A DNA stretch of 62,334 nt, counting the filler. It is 11 parts of 11 records of this genome, joined end to end, with 100 filler letters (N's around TTAATTAATTAA, not from the genome) between each part and the next. Parts side by side here need not be neighbours in the genome. Positions count along the whole stretch, not along the records: positions 1 to 10,187 come from SRR7504441_3838; positions 10,288 to 14,283 come from SRR7504441_3859; 9 more parts are not named here. One strand, 5' to 3'. A program made the translations under genes and the position numbers. The notes beneath the pieces are model-generated. The model searched no databases. It had not been told where the DNA came from and saw nothing but the letters and a program-made list of their open reading frames with translations. This document shows positions 1-14,383 of this stretch, piece by piece (position 1 is the first letter of the stretch; every line of letters begins with the position of its first letter).

Positions 1-1097
1 CAGGGTTGAGGCTGGTGATCTGGCGGATGGGAACTAAGGACCACAAGGCTCGTGTTGATCGTTCTAGGGTCGCTTTCACTGCAGTCTCGCAGCTCTCAAG
101 CAAGATGGCAGACCTTGTAACCAAAGGGAAGCAGAGTGCGGTCCGGCAGCTTCAACTTGTTTTGACTCGGATGGTAAAGGGCGAGATAGGCATGAGACTG
201 ATGGTCTGGCGTACCGGTCAAGGCGCAGCATCTTTGAATCAAACAGCAATTGAGACGCTGGCTGGGGCACATGCAGCAGACGTGAATGAATACACCGCAC
301 AGATAGAGTTTATGCAGCAGGAGCTAGCCAAACTGGAGGCGAAGCTCGTCCAGGCAGAGAATACAGTCGCACAGGCCTACGAGATAGAGACTGCCAAATT
401 GAAAAAGCAAGTCGACTGCTTGACCGCCCAAAAAGCGCAGCAGGCAATTGCAATCGCTGAGATGGAGACTGCATATGCGTGCTACTCTCACAGTCATGAA
501 ACCACAGAGCAGAGCCAGAAGTCTAAGTTTAGGCTATTGTCGCACACTCTTCTGTTGCACAAGGTCAGTTTCGAACTGATCAGGAGGGCGAAGAGTGAGA
601 TTGCTGCAAGGCTAGTCCTATGGAGGGTGGCCATGAAGACAGAGAATGCTCAGAGTGGAGCAGAAATGGCGACACTGGCTGAGGCGCATGCAGAGGACAT
701 GAATGCATACATGACACTGCTCAAGGACCGGTCCCGGGAGTCCGCACTAACACGGATGCAGCACGTATTCTCGCAGTTGATCAAAGGCGAGGTGGGTACT
801 TGTCTACTCCAGTGGCGGGAGTCTTCTCCCGGACGTAAAGACAAGCAAATAATGAAACTAAACAATGAAGTGAGCAGGCTGAAACAAGATCTGGACTTTT
901 CAGAGGTGCGATATGGGAAGTTGATGACCAAATACAAGAACCTTGAACAGCTTGCAAAGCTGCGCGAAACGCAGTCAGATGGCAAGCTTGCAAAGGCCCG
1001 ACAGGAGATCACCCGATTGCAAAATAAATCCAATGAGTCGACAAAACGGATGGAGCACAAGGCATCTGCCAGTGGAGGGTTTTTCCAAGGCAAGTGA
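1..1097 (+). CDS. 3' part of a coiled-coil protein with repeated 'R..KGEIG.RL..WR' motifs (5' end outside window)
   Basis: 363-aa open frame from the window edge to TGA at 1097, followed by an AT-rich spacer. Four related motifs: RLVIWR, RMVKGEIGMRLMVWR, RRAKSEIAARLVLWR, QLIKGEVGTCLLQWR. Confidence 0.7.
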   Translation, partial: GLRLVIWRMGTKDHKARVDRSRVAFTAVSQLSSKMADLVTKGKQSAVRQLQLVLTRMVKGEIGMRLMVWRTGQGAASLNQTAIETLAGAHAADVNEYTAQIEFMQQELAKLEAKLVQAENTVAQAYEIETAKLKKQVDCLTAQKAQQAIAIAEMETAYACYSHSHETTEQSQKSKFRLLSHTLLLHKVSFELIRRAKSEIAARLVLWRVAMKTENAQSGAEMATLAEAHAEDMNAYMTLLKDRSRESALTRMQHVFSQLIKGEVGTCLLQWRESSPGRKDKQIMKLNNEVSRLKQDLDFSEVRYGKLMTKYKNLEQLAKLRETQSDGKLAKARQEITRLQNKSNESTKRMEHKASASGGFFQGK

Positions 1098-1484
1098 AAG
1101 TCCCACAGCCCGCCACGCTAGGCACCATTCCCACTGCTCTTTGAACAAACAAAAGTCCCACCTACTCGAAGTTTACTTGTACATGACTTGTACGAGTAGG
1201 CATCATAATTATCAAGATTTCGTGTGAATCCATTGAGTTCCGGAGTTCTGAACAAGTTCTGAAGCCTAGACATCCTTAAATTCTAATTATTGTGCTAAAT
1301 ACAAACGAAATAAAATCTATGCACATTGTACATACTATCTGCATACTATCAAATAATCCTGAATTGAATGTAATTGGCGGTCGTGTGCATGCATAGTGCG
1401 TGCACCGGTGCACCCCCATTTCGGAAACAATTTACATGCTATCCAAGGACTACAGTATACACAAGTTTACAGGCCGTGTAAAAG

Positions 1485-3358
<1,874 letters not shown>

Positions 3359-3823
3359 CGTCGAGGCTGATCCGGCTGGCTGCTGGTGTCGGCAATCAAG
3401 CAAGTGCCTTGAAGCCCGTTGATTTTTCGAGCCTGACACGTCGGGTGGAGACGCTGGCACAGATGCGAAGATGACGGTGCCGGGTGCGGATACCCGGCAC
3501 TACACTTTGACTACTTGGACTGGTCATCAATGCACTCGAGTACCCGCACACCCGGCGAGCAACAAAAACACGACAAAGTTGGCGAGCTGCGGAGCTTGCT
3601 CCGTCGTGCCATGTCCGACGGTACACACCTGTCACCCCATGGCCAGTTGTCAGCTACCTGTTACCGTGCCCTATACCTCCTTGGCGGCCCTTCCCGCCGG
3701 CCTCCTTGTCGGCGTCTATCGAGCCTATGATCCTGACGTCTGGAACTGCAACTTTTGCTTCAGGCTCAAGGCTCTGGGCTCTGGCCATCAAGGTTGAAGC
3801 CTCGGCAACACCACTGCACTGCG

Positions 3824-6800
3824 ATGCCACGGAAAGGCGACGGCCAGTCCGGCCGTTCCCGGGATGGGGGTGGCGGCAAAGGCGAGGGGCAGTCGGGCCG
3901 CTCCCGGGACGGCGGCGGAGGCAAGCCCCGGCGGTCTCGGGGCAAGGGCCGCGAGGTGGGCTGCGCGGGGCGCGGCTGTTGAGTGTGCTCCAGGGCCGGG
4001 AGGCGGCCGAGGAGCGCAAGAAGAAGAAGGCTGAGGAGGAGCGGCTGCGACTGGAGGCGGAGGAGGCGGAGCGGCAGCGGATTGCGGAGGAGGAGCGACT
4101 AGCGGCTGAGGCTGAGGCCGAGGAGGAGCGGCTGGCGGCGGTGCCCGGGCACCTGGCTGGCTGGTCGACGCGGGGCTGCAGGAGGCTGCGGAGCGGAGGC
4201 GGCTGGAGGAGGAGGCAGAGGTACAGCGCGTGGCCGAAGTCCGAGGGCTGCTCCGGGAGGCTAACCTGGCGGCCGGAGCCGAGCGGCCGGAGTTGCCCAA
4301 GACGGTGAAGGCAGACATTAAAAAGTGCTCCGGGTTCGTTAAAAAACTGCAGAAGGTCAGCCTCGACAGCAAGGACGCGCTGACCAGAGAGTTCGCCGGG
4401 CTCAACCTCAGTCGATACATCAGCGAGGCCGTAGACAACCTGTGCGAAAGCAAACTCAAAGCGAGCGACGTGTTCGCGTGTGTCGAGGTCCGCCCTGCCA
4501 GCTCCGGCCTGCGAGCCTGGGCGCAGATCTGTTCGCTCTTCCACCAGCGTTACGCCGACTTCACCCCGCTGCTCGTCCCTGCGATTATCAAAATGTGCAG
4601 CCCATCAGGCCTGGCCCAGGTGCTGTCAGTCAGCCGCAGCCAGGCTGACCCGGCGGTAGGAGGAGATTGCGAGCACTGTGAACCGGCGACGTACGCTGCT
4701 CCGGTGGCTGCTGGAGCTGGTAGTCTGCGGGGTGTGGACCGACCGGATTGCAGTGATCAAAGTGGTGGCTGAGACTGTTAAGGTGAATCGCTCACGCTGG
4801 TTCGGCTCACTGGGCAACAGGCGGACTTAGAAGACGAGCAGAAGCAGTTCGTCAACCTGCCGATTACGGTGGCAATCGGCAGGACCAGCGGGTGTGCCCT
4901 GGGCGGTGCCAGCTGCCCGAGCTAGCGCAGGTATTTGTTTCTTCCGCACAGTGAGGAGCTGGTGGCTGAGTGCCCTGTGGGCCCAACGGACGTGTTTAGC
5001 ACTCAGGAGAAGGAAATTCTGAATAAGGCGGGCTGCCGCTCCGGGGTGGGGCTGACTGTCCGGCCGATCAGGGGTTGAATAAGCTGTTTGGGAGCTTGGT
5101 CGACGCTCTGGGAGGGGTGCATAGAGAGCTCAAGCTGCAGGAACAGGCCAACAGAAAGATGCTAGAAGGCGGCGGCCAGATGAACGTGCGTCTGGCACCC
5201 GGGCGCGGCCCAGCTGACCTGTCGACAGGTCGAGGCGTTGCAGGCATATACTGAGCTCCGGTCCGTACACGATAAGCTGGTCGACAACGCCACTAGTGTG
5301 GCCCAGGTGGGGCGTCTGACCGGAGCTCAGGCCTCTGAATGGGCCGGCTCAGGTGCTGCGGAGGGAGATCCCTGAATTCGAGGAGGAGGAGGAGCCAGCT
5401 GCCCCCGAGGTATGAAGCGTGCGTGTAGAATGCTGACTGTGTGCTCAGGAGGAGCCGGAAGATGAGGGCGTGGATGAGGATGACGAGGAGGCTCCCGAGG
5501 TGATTTGGGACGACGTGGAGCTCCGATCATTCTATGTCTCCCTGCCTGAGCTGCGTTCGCTTGTTCCCGAAGTCATGTTTGCAGACACTGAGCCCGAGGA
5601 AGCCGAGTCAGCCGCCGAGCAGTGAGCTGGCTGGCTTGGCTGGTACCGAACCTGGGCTCAGGTCTGCTAGCAGTGGCGTGTTTGACAATCTCGTCGCCCA
5701 GCTGCCCAAATGCGAGAACAAGGAGGCAATCGACCAGTGGACCATCCAGTTTTGTGGGAACAATGCGAAGCAGCTTCGGGCACGGCTGGTCGGTGGCAGG
5801 GTCGGGCAAAGGTCTGACAAGGTTGGCAGGTGAACCACATTCTCGACAACACCGTCACGCACCAGAAGATGCACAACATACCGTACCTAGCACGCGGGGT
5901 GGCCGCACTCACGCTCAAGGGACTGTTCTCAGACATTGGGCCACCAATCTCGGAGCAGCTGTTGAAGCAATTCCTTGAGATCCAGAAAGCCACAAAGTGG
6001 AGTCCGCAGGACAAGCGGCGGTTGACAGTCACGGTCAAATTCCTGAGCGAGCTGGTCAATTTCCGCGTGGCCCAGCCTCAGTCGATGTTTGAGTTGCTGA
6101 GAGTTTGCCTGGATGACTTCAGTAGGAGCATAGAGCTGGCGTGCCTGGCTCTCGAGGTGTGTGGTCATTTCCTGTACCGCAACCCTGAGACCCAGGAGAG
6201 CATCACTAAGCTGGTAGAGCTGATGTTCAAAGTGAAGAACTCAAACGAGAATGTCGACGAGGCTGTCTCACTGATGGTCGACAATGCGTACAACACATGC
6301 AAGCCGCCTGTTCTGATCAACAGAGACAGGAACCAGAAGCCACCTCTCCATCAATATATTGAAAAGCTTCTCTTCAAGGATGTTGGCAAATTGCACATAG
6401 ACAAGGTGGAGAGGCAGCTGCGCAAGCTCCCATGGGCAGAATGTCACGAATTTCTGGTCGCGTCCTTCACAGATGCCCGAAAGCTCAAGTTTAATCACAT
6501 CTCTAACCTGGCGCACCTTGTCGGAAAGCTAGGCCAGTTTCACGAGTCGTTTGGCATCAATGTTGCGGACAAGATACTTGAGGACATCAGGTATAGCATG
6601 GAAGTCAACAGGTGGGAAGACATGCAAAATCGGATCACCACTGTCAAATTCCTCGGAGAGCTCTATGTCTATCGACTTGTGGACTCACAGGCGATTTTTG
6701 ATACACTAGGCTTGCTCATTACACTAGGGTACACGCAAAGCCGAGCATCAGGTTGTGCGGCACCAGATCCGCCCGAAGATTTCACTAGGGTGCGCCTGGT

Positions 6801-7860
6801 CTGCACCCTGCTTGATGCAGTCGGCCCATACTTCACAAAGGGCTATAGTCGAAAGAGACTTGACATCTACCTGAAATACTTCCAGCGCTATGTCCTCTCC
6901 AAACCTACTCCGCCTGTCGATGTGATATTTGGAGTTGCGGATGTGTTTGAGTCGCTTCGCCCAAAGATGAATCGCTATGAGACTTATGACGAGGCATGCC
7001 AGGATATCGAGAAGCTTGAAGCTCAGGAAGCCAAGTCAGAAAAATTGAAAGGCAAAATGCAGGAGAAAGCAATGCGAGGAACAAATGCCCGTGAGGTGAT
7101 GGCCATGGACACGATCGAGGAGGACGATGAAGCACCAGAGGAGGATGGTGGTGAGGATGGTGGCGAGGACAGGGGTGAGGATGAGGACCCAGGCGATGAA
7201 TCTGAGGACGAGGACGAGGATGCCAGTGACGGAGCCGAGACAAAGTCCGCAATGGAGAGTGATGAAGAGCCGGATACTGAGGCGGTGGACTTGGAGGAGG
7301 ATGAGCACATATTCTACAGAAACATACAAGCGGTGAAGGAGATGGAAGACGACTTCGATAGGGAATTCCGCCAAATGATGAATGAGAGCCTCACTGACCG
7401 CAAGTCCAAGGGGGCGCCTGCAGCATTCACAGATTCGGGGGTGCCTTTGTCGTTTGAGCGGGCAAAACCACGAATTGTTGCACGCGATGATGATGACGAT
7501 AGCGACGAGGAGGAGAGTGAGCCCACCATGCAGTTCCAGATGCTCACTCGAAAAGGCCAAAAGCAAATCAGTGCCCATAGTCTAGAGGTGCCACTGCAAT
7601 GTGCTTTTGCGGCAAAGACGCTCGCCAAGGAACAGGCCGAGATGAGGGAGCGTGAGGAGCTGACTGCCAAGGTTCTTGCATATGAGAATCATGAAGCTCA
7701 GGTAGCACACCAGGAAGCTCTAGCTAGACGACAACAACGAAAGGGAGGACCCAACAAGAATCACCGCCAACGGCAACAGCAACAAGCCCGCCAACAACAG
7801 CAGCAAGCAGCAGCTCAATACACCCCTTCGACACCCACGTTTCCCTACGAGCGGCAGTGA
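3824..7860 (+). CDS. UPF2: Regulator of nonsense transcripts UPF2 (MIF4G domains, acidic region, C-terminal UPF1-binding region)
   Basis: IKKCSGFVKKL..LNLSRYISEAV..ICSLFHQRYADF; VKFLGELYVYRLVDSQAIFDTL; DPPEDFTRVRLVCTLLD; DDFDREFRQMM; FQMLTRKGQKQ. About 11 short introns in the first 2 kb, then one ~2-kb terminal exon. Start inferred at ATG 3824. Confidence 0.93.
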
Positions 7861-8146
7861 TAAGCGTACACAATCAAATAATCATACGAGTAGCGAGACT
7901 AAATAACTACATGTAGCAAACTTGAACACGGTGTACATGTACGTCATTTACGATAATACGATTAGTACAATCACGTACATGCAATCTACATGCAATCATG
8001 ATTGCACATGTACTGTTTATACGGTCAACTTCGTGTTTTATTGAGCATACACACTGGCAATCGCAATGCTTGCTAACCATCGTTGTTGGTGCCGTCAGAG
8101 ACCTTAACATCCTAACCCGTTACATGGAGACTGCTCTCATGCAGGT

Positions 8147-10187
8147 TCATTTGTCACGGAAATGCCGCTTTTGTGCCAGTGCTGTCATGGGTGACGTGCT
8201 CGTGGTCAAAGGTGCTGTCAGCCATTTGAATCGGGAAGCGGCTGGTGATCTGCCTGATCTTGCCGCATTCTTTGCTGCATAGCTACCTCGAGAAGCATAC
8301 CCGCTGCCCCGGCGCCTACCAGATGCCGTGGACGGCCTTGGTTGGCTCTGTGCATTCCTGGTATCCGCTGTCGAGCTGCTCCGTCCTCCGCTGCCACTGC
8401 GCATGGTGGACGAAGCAGACTTGGGCCGCTGGATGGGAGTGCGGAAGTCAGCATTGCTCGAATCATCTTGAGGCTCTTCCTCATCCTCGTGTTCCTCTGC
8501 CATTCCAGTGGGTGAGTTCAAGGCGCCCTGCACTGGGCTCGCACCTGGCTCTACCGACATTTCGCTGTCGAGGATCGCAGTCGCCTGCATCTCGAGGGTC
8601 CCGAATTGCGAGATCTCATCAAACAAGCTATCAGTGTTGAAGTCAAGAGCCGGGACAGGATTGTGCTGCTGGTGCTCGAGTTCGTGCGTGGAGCCATTGT
8701 CAAAGTTGCTGGCTTCCTCCAGTTCACTTTCAATCTCGGCTGCATTCGAGAGCAGATCCATGTCACTGAACCCATGCAACGCGTCGTGCGCTCGGTTGCA
8801 AGCCTCACGCAGCGCCCGCTGCTGCTGCTGCAGCCTGCTGTATCTGGTGGTTGACTGCGACGAGGCCGTTCGGAGTGAATCTAGCACTGCATGTTCGATC
8901 TCCGCTCTGCGGAGGTCGACAGCAGCTTGGATTTTGCCAAACTCCTTGGCCACCGAATCCAGCAGAAACTGCTGCTGCCTCTCGTACGAGGGCATCGACT
9001 TACTCATCAGCTTGACTGCGTGGGTCAGGTCTCGCTCTTTGAATAAGACCTGGTCCATTGCTGCCTGCAGCACCCTCCGGGCGTCGTGCGCTGCGTCCTC
9101 GATCGTGCAGTACGCGTGCCCTTGGTGCGCTCCCACCAGCAGGCAGTCCCGGCACAGCAGCTCGTACGTGTCCTTGCTCAGGAACCGAATCTCCTCCTCC
9201 GGGTGCACCTTACACATCCAGCAGCGCATCCGGGACGACCGCTTGGCCGGTGACACACTGTCTACGTGACTCTGGCGGCTCTGGCTCGAGCCGGGCGTCT
9301 TGCCTTGCTTGCTCTTGCTCCGGACGGGGGGCGAGCCCATGGCCACCAGCTGCTGCCGGAGCATCTGGATCTCGGCATTCTTCTGCTCCAGCTCCATCTG
9401 ATACACCTGGTCCTGCGACAGCTCCTGCTCAGCCTCATACAGAGCCTCGTCCTCCAGTTCGGCCTGCACCCGGCCTGACTCCGGACCACAGCCGGACAGG
9501 CACCTGGCTGCGGTACCCCCTCACAAATTCGCGCCGGTCGACCACGCCGTCCTGCCCACACTGTGATCGAGTGGGGAGCGTGAGAGTCACCTTGTTGCTG
9601 TCTAGGCGGTCAAACTCCTTTAGCAAGGCCTTGCCATTGCGCTGCTTGCGCTGGACCTTGGGGCTCGCTCGCTGGCTGGGCCGCTCATCCTCGCACTCCA
9701 TTTCGAGATTAACGAACTCGTCAGTCTCATCCTCTTGCTCGTCCTCATCCTGCTCGTAGAGGTCGACAGTGACTGATGCGGGGCTCATCCCCGCCGCCTC
9801 ACGCCGCTGCGAGACTCGCTCCTGCGCCTGCCGCAATATGCGCGCCTTGAGGTCCTCGTTCCCCTCCTGCCCCTCGCTCGCCTTCGCACAAGCCTGCGGC
9901 GTGCGTACCTGAGTCTCCGCCTCAGGACCTGGCTTCTTGCTGCCGCTCTTCCTACCCGGCGACCGAAAGAAGCCCTCACCCCGCGCATCGTCGCTAGATT
10001 TCTTCTGGCCCAGCTTCTCCTGAGCGGCCGCCCGCACCACCTCTCTCTCCTGAGCCGCCTCCTCTTCTGCTTCCTTCCTGGCCGCCTCCTCCGCTGCCTG
10101 TCTATCGGCCTCCGCCTTTGCGGCCGCCTCCTCCTCGACCTTCTTCCTGGCCGCCGCCTCCGCTGCTACTCTGTCGGCCTCCGCCTT
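8147..10187 (-). CDS. EF-hand + B-box zinc finger + coiled-coil protein (5' truncated at contig end)
   Basis: CKVHPEEEIRFLSKDTYELLCRDCLLVGAHQGH is B-box type 2-like and is followed by a coiled coil. Splicing joins EFDRLDSNK|DGVVDRREF into an EF-hand loop. EAAA/KEAE-rich segment at the contig edge. Confidence 0.75.
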
Positions 10188-10287
10188 NNNNNNNNNNNNN
10201 NNNNNNNNNNNNNNNNNNNNNNNNNNNNNNNTTAATTAATTAANNNNNNNNNNNNNNNNNNNNNNNNNNNNNNNNNNNNNNNNNNNN
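10188..10287. other. Artificial contig linker (44N-TTAATTAATTAA-44N). Identical linkers at 14284-14383, 17701-17800, 23436-23535, 30018-30117, 35238-35337, 41547-41646, 51095-51194, 55337-55436 and 59204-59303
   Basis: Ten identical 100-nt blocks whose core puts stop codons in all six frames. Genes are cut at these points. Confidence 0.99.
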
Positions 10288-13200
10288 TGGTGGCATGGTG
10301 TCAATACGCGGGGGGTGCTGCGGCACTGGAGGCAGCGCAGCGCGGCGGAGGACGGGCTGTCGGAGCCGTCGGTGTTCCTCTCGCCCTCCGATTCGGCCTC
10401 CATGAATACGGAGGATCCGCGGCTGCGAGTGCTATCCAGCGAGCGGCGGCCCCGGAGGGCAGCGGAGAGGGTTTCGTCCTCCTCAACTTCGCCCAGGCAG
10501 AACCGGCCGGAGGGCCAGGTGGACCCGAGGCTCGGCCAACCCCACCGGGGGCGGCAGGGCCCAGAGCCGTGGGGCGCAGTGAGCGATAGCCGCTCGCTGG
10601 CAGTGAGCGACGAGCCAGAACCGTCCTGCGCGCTTCCGGAGTTGGCGAGGTGCGTGGAGGCTAGCGGCTGGCTGAGCCCGTGGCAGCTCGCCCTGGCTCG
10701 AGGGGCTGGCCCGGCGGCACAAGCCGGAGGAACGCACCCAGCTGGAGGAGGTGCGGCTGGTCGGGGCGGTCTGATCTGGCGGGCAGGTGGTGAGCATGCT
10801 TGAGCAGTCTGCCAAGCGGAGGGACGAGCTGAATGCCCAAAACCTTGATCTCAAGCAGCAGCTCCGGGCGCAGGCCAACCGGTGCGCCGAGCTGGAGCAG
10901 GACACGGCCATACAGCAGCACCTGGCCGAGTGGCAGCGGCGGGAGGCGGAGTATGAGCGCAGGATAAGCGAGCTCACGGCCGAGCTGGCGAGCGCACGCG
11001 AGGAGGCAGCATGGTACAGGTCGCTCGCAGAGCGGCCAGCGGAGGACGGGTCGGATCGGGACGAGCAGCTGAGCGGGCGGCTGCGTCAGGTTGAGCAGGA
11101 GCTGGCTGTGGCCAAGGCCGAGCTGGCGGCAGACGACCAGCTGCTCAAGGACTGCGAACAGCAGATCCTGGACCGGCAGCATCTGGAGAGCAGGCTGAGT
11201 AACATGTCCACCGAACTGGACAAGAGCAAGCGGCAGCTGGCCCAGGCCGAGCAGCAGGCGGCGATGCAGGCGGCCCGCTCTGACGATCAGAGCGAGCTGG
11301 CTGAACAACTCAAGCAGTGCAGGCGGCAGCTGCGCGAGGCCCAACAGGCCGAACCAGGGGGCGAGCAGGCGAGCGCGCAGGCTGAACTGGCCGAGATGCG
11401 ACTGCGCGAGACCGAGGCCAGCTGCCGACTGGCCGACATGGAGCTGGAGCTGCAGGAGTTCCAGCAGCTCGCAGAGCAGATGGAACGCGAGTTGGTCAAG
11501 GCGCAGGCGGAGGGCGGGCAGCAGCTGAGCAAGGCCCAGGCCGATATGGCGCTGCTCCAGCAGTACGGGGTGCAGATGATGGAGAAGGAGGCCGAGTTTG
11601 AGGCCAAGCTGGCTACAGCCGATCAGCGGGTGGATGAGTACAAGGCCCAGCTCGAGCGGAGCGAGCAGCGGGAGCAGCAGCAGCAGGAAGAGCTAGCCCA
11701 GGCGAACGCCGACGCCAACGCGCTGGAGCACAACACGTTCTTGATGGCCGAGAAGGAGGTGATGATCCGGCAGCTGGAGGAGCAGCTCGATGAGCAGCAG
11801 CACGAGCTGGCCGAGTGCCGCAGACTGCTAAGCCAGCAGCCAACAGAGCCTGGCCCGGCCGAGGCGGGCAAGACGGAGGCGGCCAAGATGGTGGCTAGCA
11901 TGATCTCCTCCTGGGGCGACCTGAGCGCCAATCAGGACGAGCTGGACGACCAGATAGAGGCGCTCGAGCGCGAGCTGGCCCACCCGAGCCCCAACCGCAA
12001 GAGCCAGACCACCGTCAAAGTGTCGCTGGCGGGCTCCCTAAACACTCCGGGCAAGCCGAGCTCCAAGATACCGAGCAAGCCGCTGGCGGGCTCTGTAAAC
12101 ACACCCCGCGGAGCCTCCAGGATACCTCGGCCGGCCAGCTCCTGCCGGTCCACTCCGCGCAAGTCGCCAGCTGTCCGAGTGGCCGAGCCAGCGCCCGAGC
12201 AGGATAGTAACGACGTGCACTTCACGCTGCACCAAACCAGCCCAGACGAGAGCCAAAGGCTGCGAGAACGGAGCGAGCGGCTGGAGAAGGAGGCGAGTGA
12301 GGCCTGGGCCGAGCTAGAGCGGCAGGCGAGAGAGCACAGGGAGGAGCTGGCGCTGCTAGAGGACGAGAACAGGCAGCGGGTGATGGGCCTGGAGCGGCTG
12401 CTAGAGCAGGCCCCAGCCAGCAGCCCCGCCAGCCCGCGGCACAGAGCGGCTGTCGAGGCCGCTGTGCGGCAGGCGCGCGAGCAGCTTGAGTCAGAGCGGG
12501 AGGCGCTGCTAGCGGAGGTAGAGAGGGCTGTGGCGCTGGCCTGCCGGCAGTTGCAGGCACGCAGCCAGCTCCTGATGCTCCGACAGGAGGCGGCGGCGCA
12601 CGAGTTCGAGGCTGCATCTGGACACAGCTCGCCCGACCGAGCCCGGGTGGACCAAGGCGCTAACGAGGAGATACAGTCTCTATACAAGCAGCTGGTGCAG
12701 GCACAGGCTGGCTCGTCCGAGCTGCGGGCATACTATGAGCAGAAGCTCGAGGAGCTCGAAGCTGATCAGGATGCGACAAAGGCTCGCAACCGCAAGCTGT
12801 CAGAGCAGTTGGCCAGAACCAGACACAAACTGCGAGAGGCCGAGAAGGAGGCGCTGGATCTTAGGGCAGCGCAGGGCGTTCCAGGGTCAAAGCCACAGCC
12901 GGAGAGTGGGGCGGAGGATGCAAGCCGGCTTGCGCAACAGTACCAACAGATGCAACGCAAGCTCGATGAAACTGAGCTGCAGCTGGAGGCGTCGCAGGCT
13001 TCGACAGGAGATGGGCGACTGCGCAAGCAGAACCAAGGGCTGCAACAGCAAATAGAGAGCATGTACGTTCAATTGGAGCAGATGGCTAGGAAGGCGAAGA
13101 CCAGCCAGGAGCAAGTGCAGGCTTCCCAAATCGACCAGAAGCTGCAAACCGTTGTGGACAAGGGCAACGTGCGCATAGGGGATCTGGAGTGCCAGTTGGA

Positions 13201-14188
13201 GCGTACACAGCAGGAGCTGGAGCAGGCCGGCCTAGCTAAGACAGCGATGGAGAGGCAATGGCAGGCCAAGGAGCAGCAGCTGCTCCGACAGGTCGATTGC
13301 TTGCTGAGTCGATTGTTGGCTGAGCTATCTGTCATCTGCAGGCGGAGCGGCAGAGAGTCATGTTAGAGGAAGCGGCAGTGGAGCAACGTCAGCGTGCGTT
13401 CGACATCCTCGAAGCCCGGCAGATGGACGAAGCTGTCCGGGTGGGCGCTGATCAGCTGGACGGCGTGTTGACGACTGGGCGCAGGCGGATGCTGTCAAAA
13501 CTCTAAAGCAAGAGTGGGGCGTGGAGAAAAGGAGGCTTGAGGTGTGGTGGGCTGGCTTTGCATTGTTACTGGTTGGTCCTGTAGGATGAGTTGAACGCTC
13601 TGCGGGCCAAGCATCAGCAAGATCTTAGGCACAAATGGGAGCTTGAGAACCAAAACGCTTCGCTGAAGACGCAGATCTCGTGCCTACCCAAGCCGTACTC
13701 GCCTGGTGAAACTGAGGTCTGCACCATAGAGCCACATGCTCTCACTTGTAGTGGCAGGCTGCTCGTGCTGGGCGGCGACTTTGCCAACCATCACCTTCCA
13801 TGCAGAATCAAACACAACGAAAGCCGCTGAGCACAGTTGTGATGCCACCAAATCAGGATCCCGTGCACGCAGTACCAAGGTCGCAAGGAGCGCGCAGCCG
13901 CTTAGCTAAGGGTTGGCTTGTAGGGGGTACACCCCACCAGCAGCTATGCCCTCGCGTCCGCGGACCTACAATCCACAGCGACGCGAGCCCTCTCCGCAGC
14001 AGGCCTACCCAGCTAACCGGGATCTGGAGAGACGATATGTGATGGAAGATCTGCGGAATGAGCTCGGATCAGTGCGAGCTCGAAGAGATTCGCAAGATAG
14101 TGAGGAGGAGATGATGCAGATCTTGGAGCTCTCGAGGCAAGCGCGGCAGAACACTTGGCATCTAATGGAAGGCCCAACTGGTCCCTAG
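10288..14188 (+). CDS. Large coiled-coil protein (>1100 aa, 5' end uncertain)
   Basis: 859-aa E/Q/A/L-rich ORF 10787-13366, extended on both sides by in-frame GT-AG introns to TAG at 14188. Confidence 0.75.
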
Positions 14189-14383
14189 TAATTAAAACGC
14201 GGGGGGTGCAAATAGGATGCAAATAGTGCTACAAGTATGAATTTTTAATACAAATATTTATGCGCCTATCAGATGGTCAAGTTNNNNNNNNNNNNNNNNN
14301 NNNNNNNNNNNNNNNNNNNNNNNNNNNTTAATTAATTAANNNNNNNNNNNNNNNNNNNNNNNNNNNNNNNNNNNNNNNNNNNN

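Noticed and set aside
3500-3545. GACTACTT..GGTCATC resembling the 5' end of U3 snoRNA
   Set aside because: Weak match, with no convincing B, C or D boxes downstream.
10188-10287. Regularly recurring TTAATTAATTAA flanked by Ns, as a possible repeat or array
   Set aside because: Identical 100-nt artificial linkers. Adjacency of genes across them has no biological meaning.
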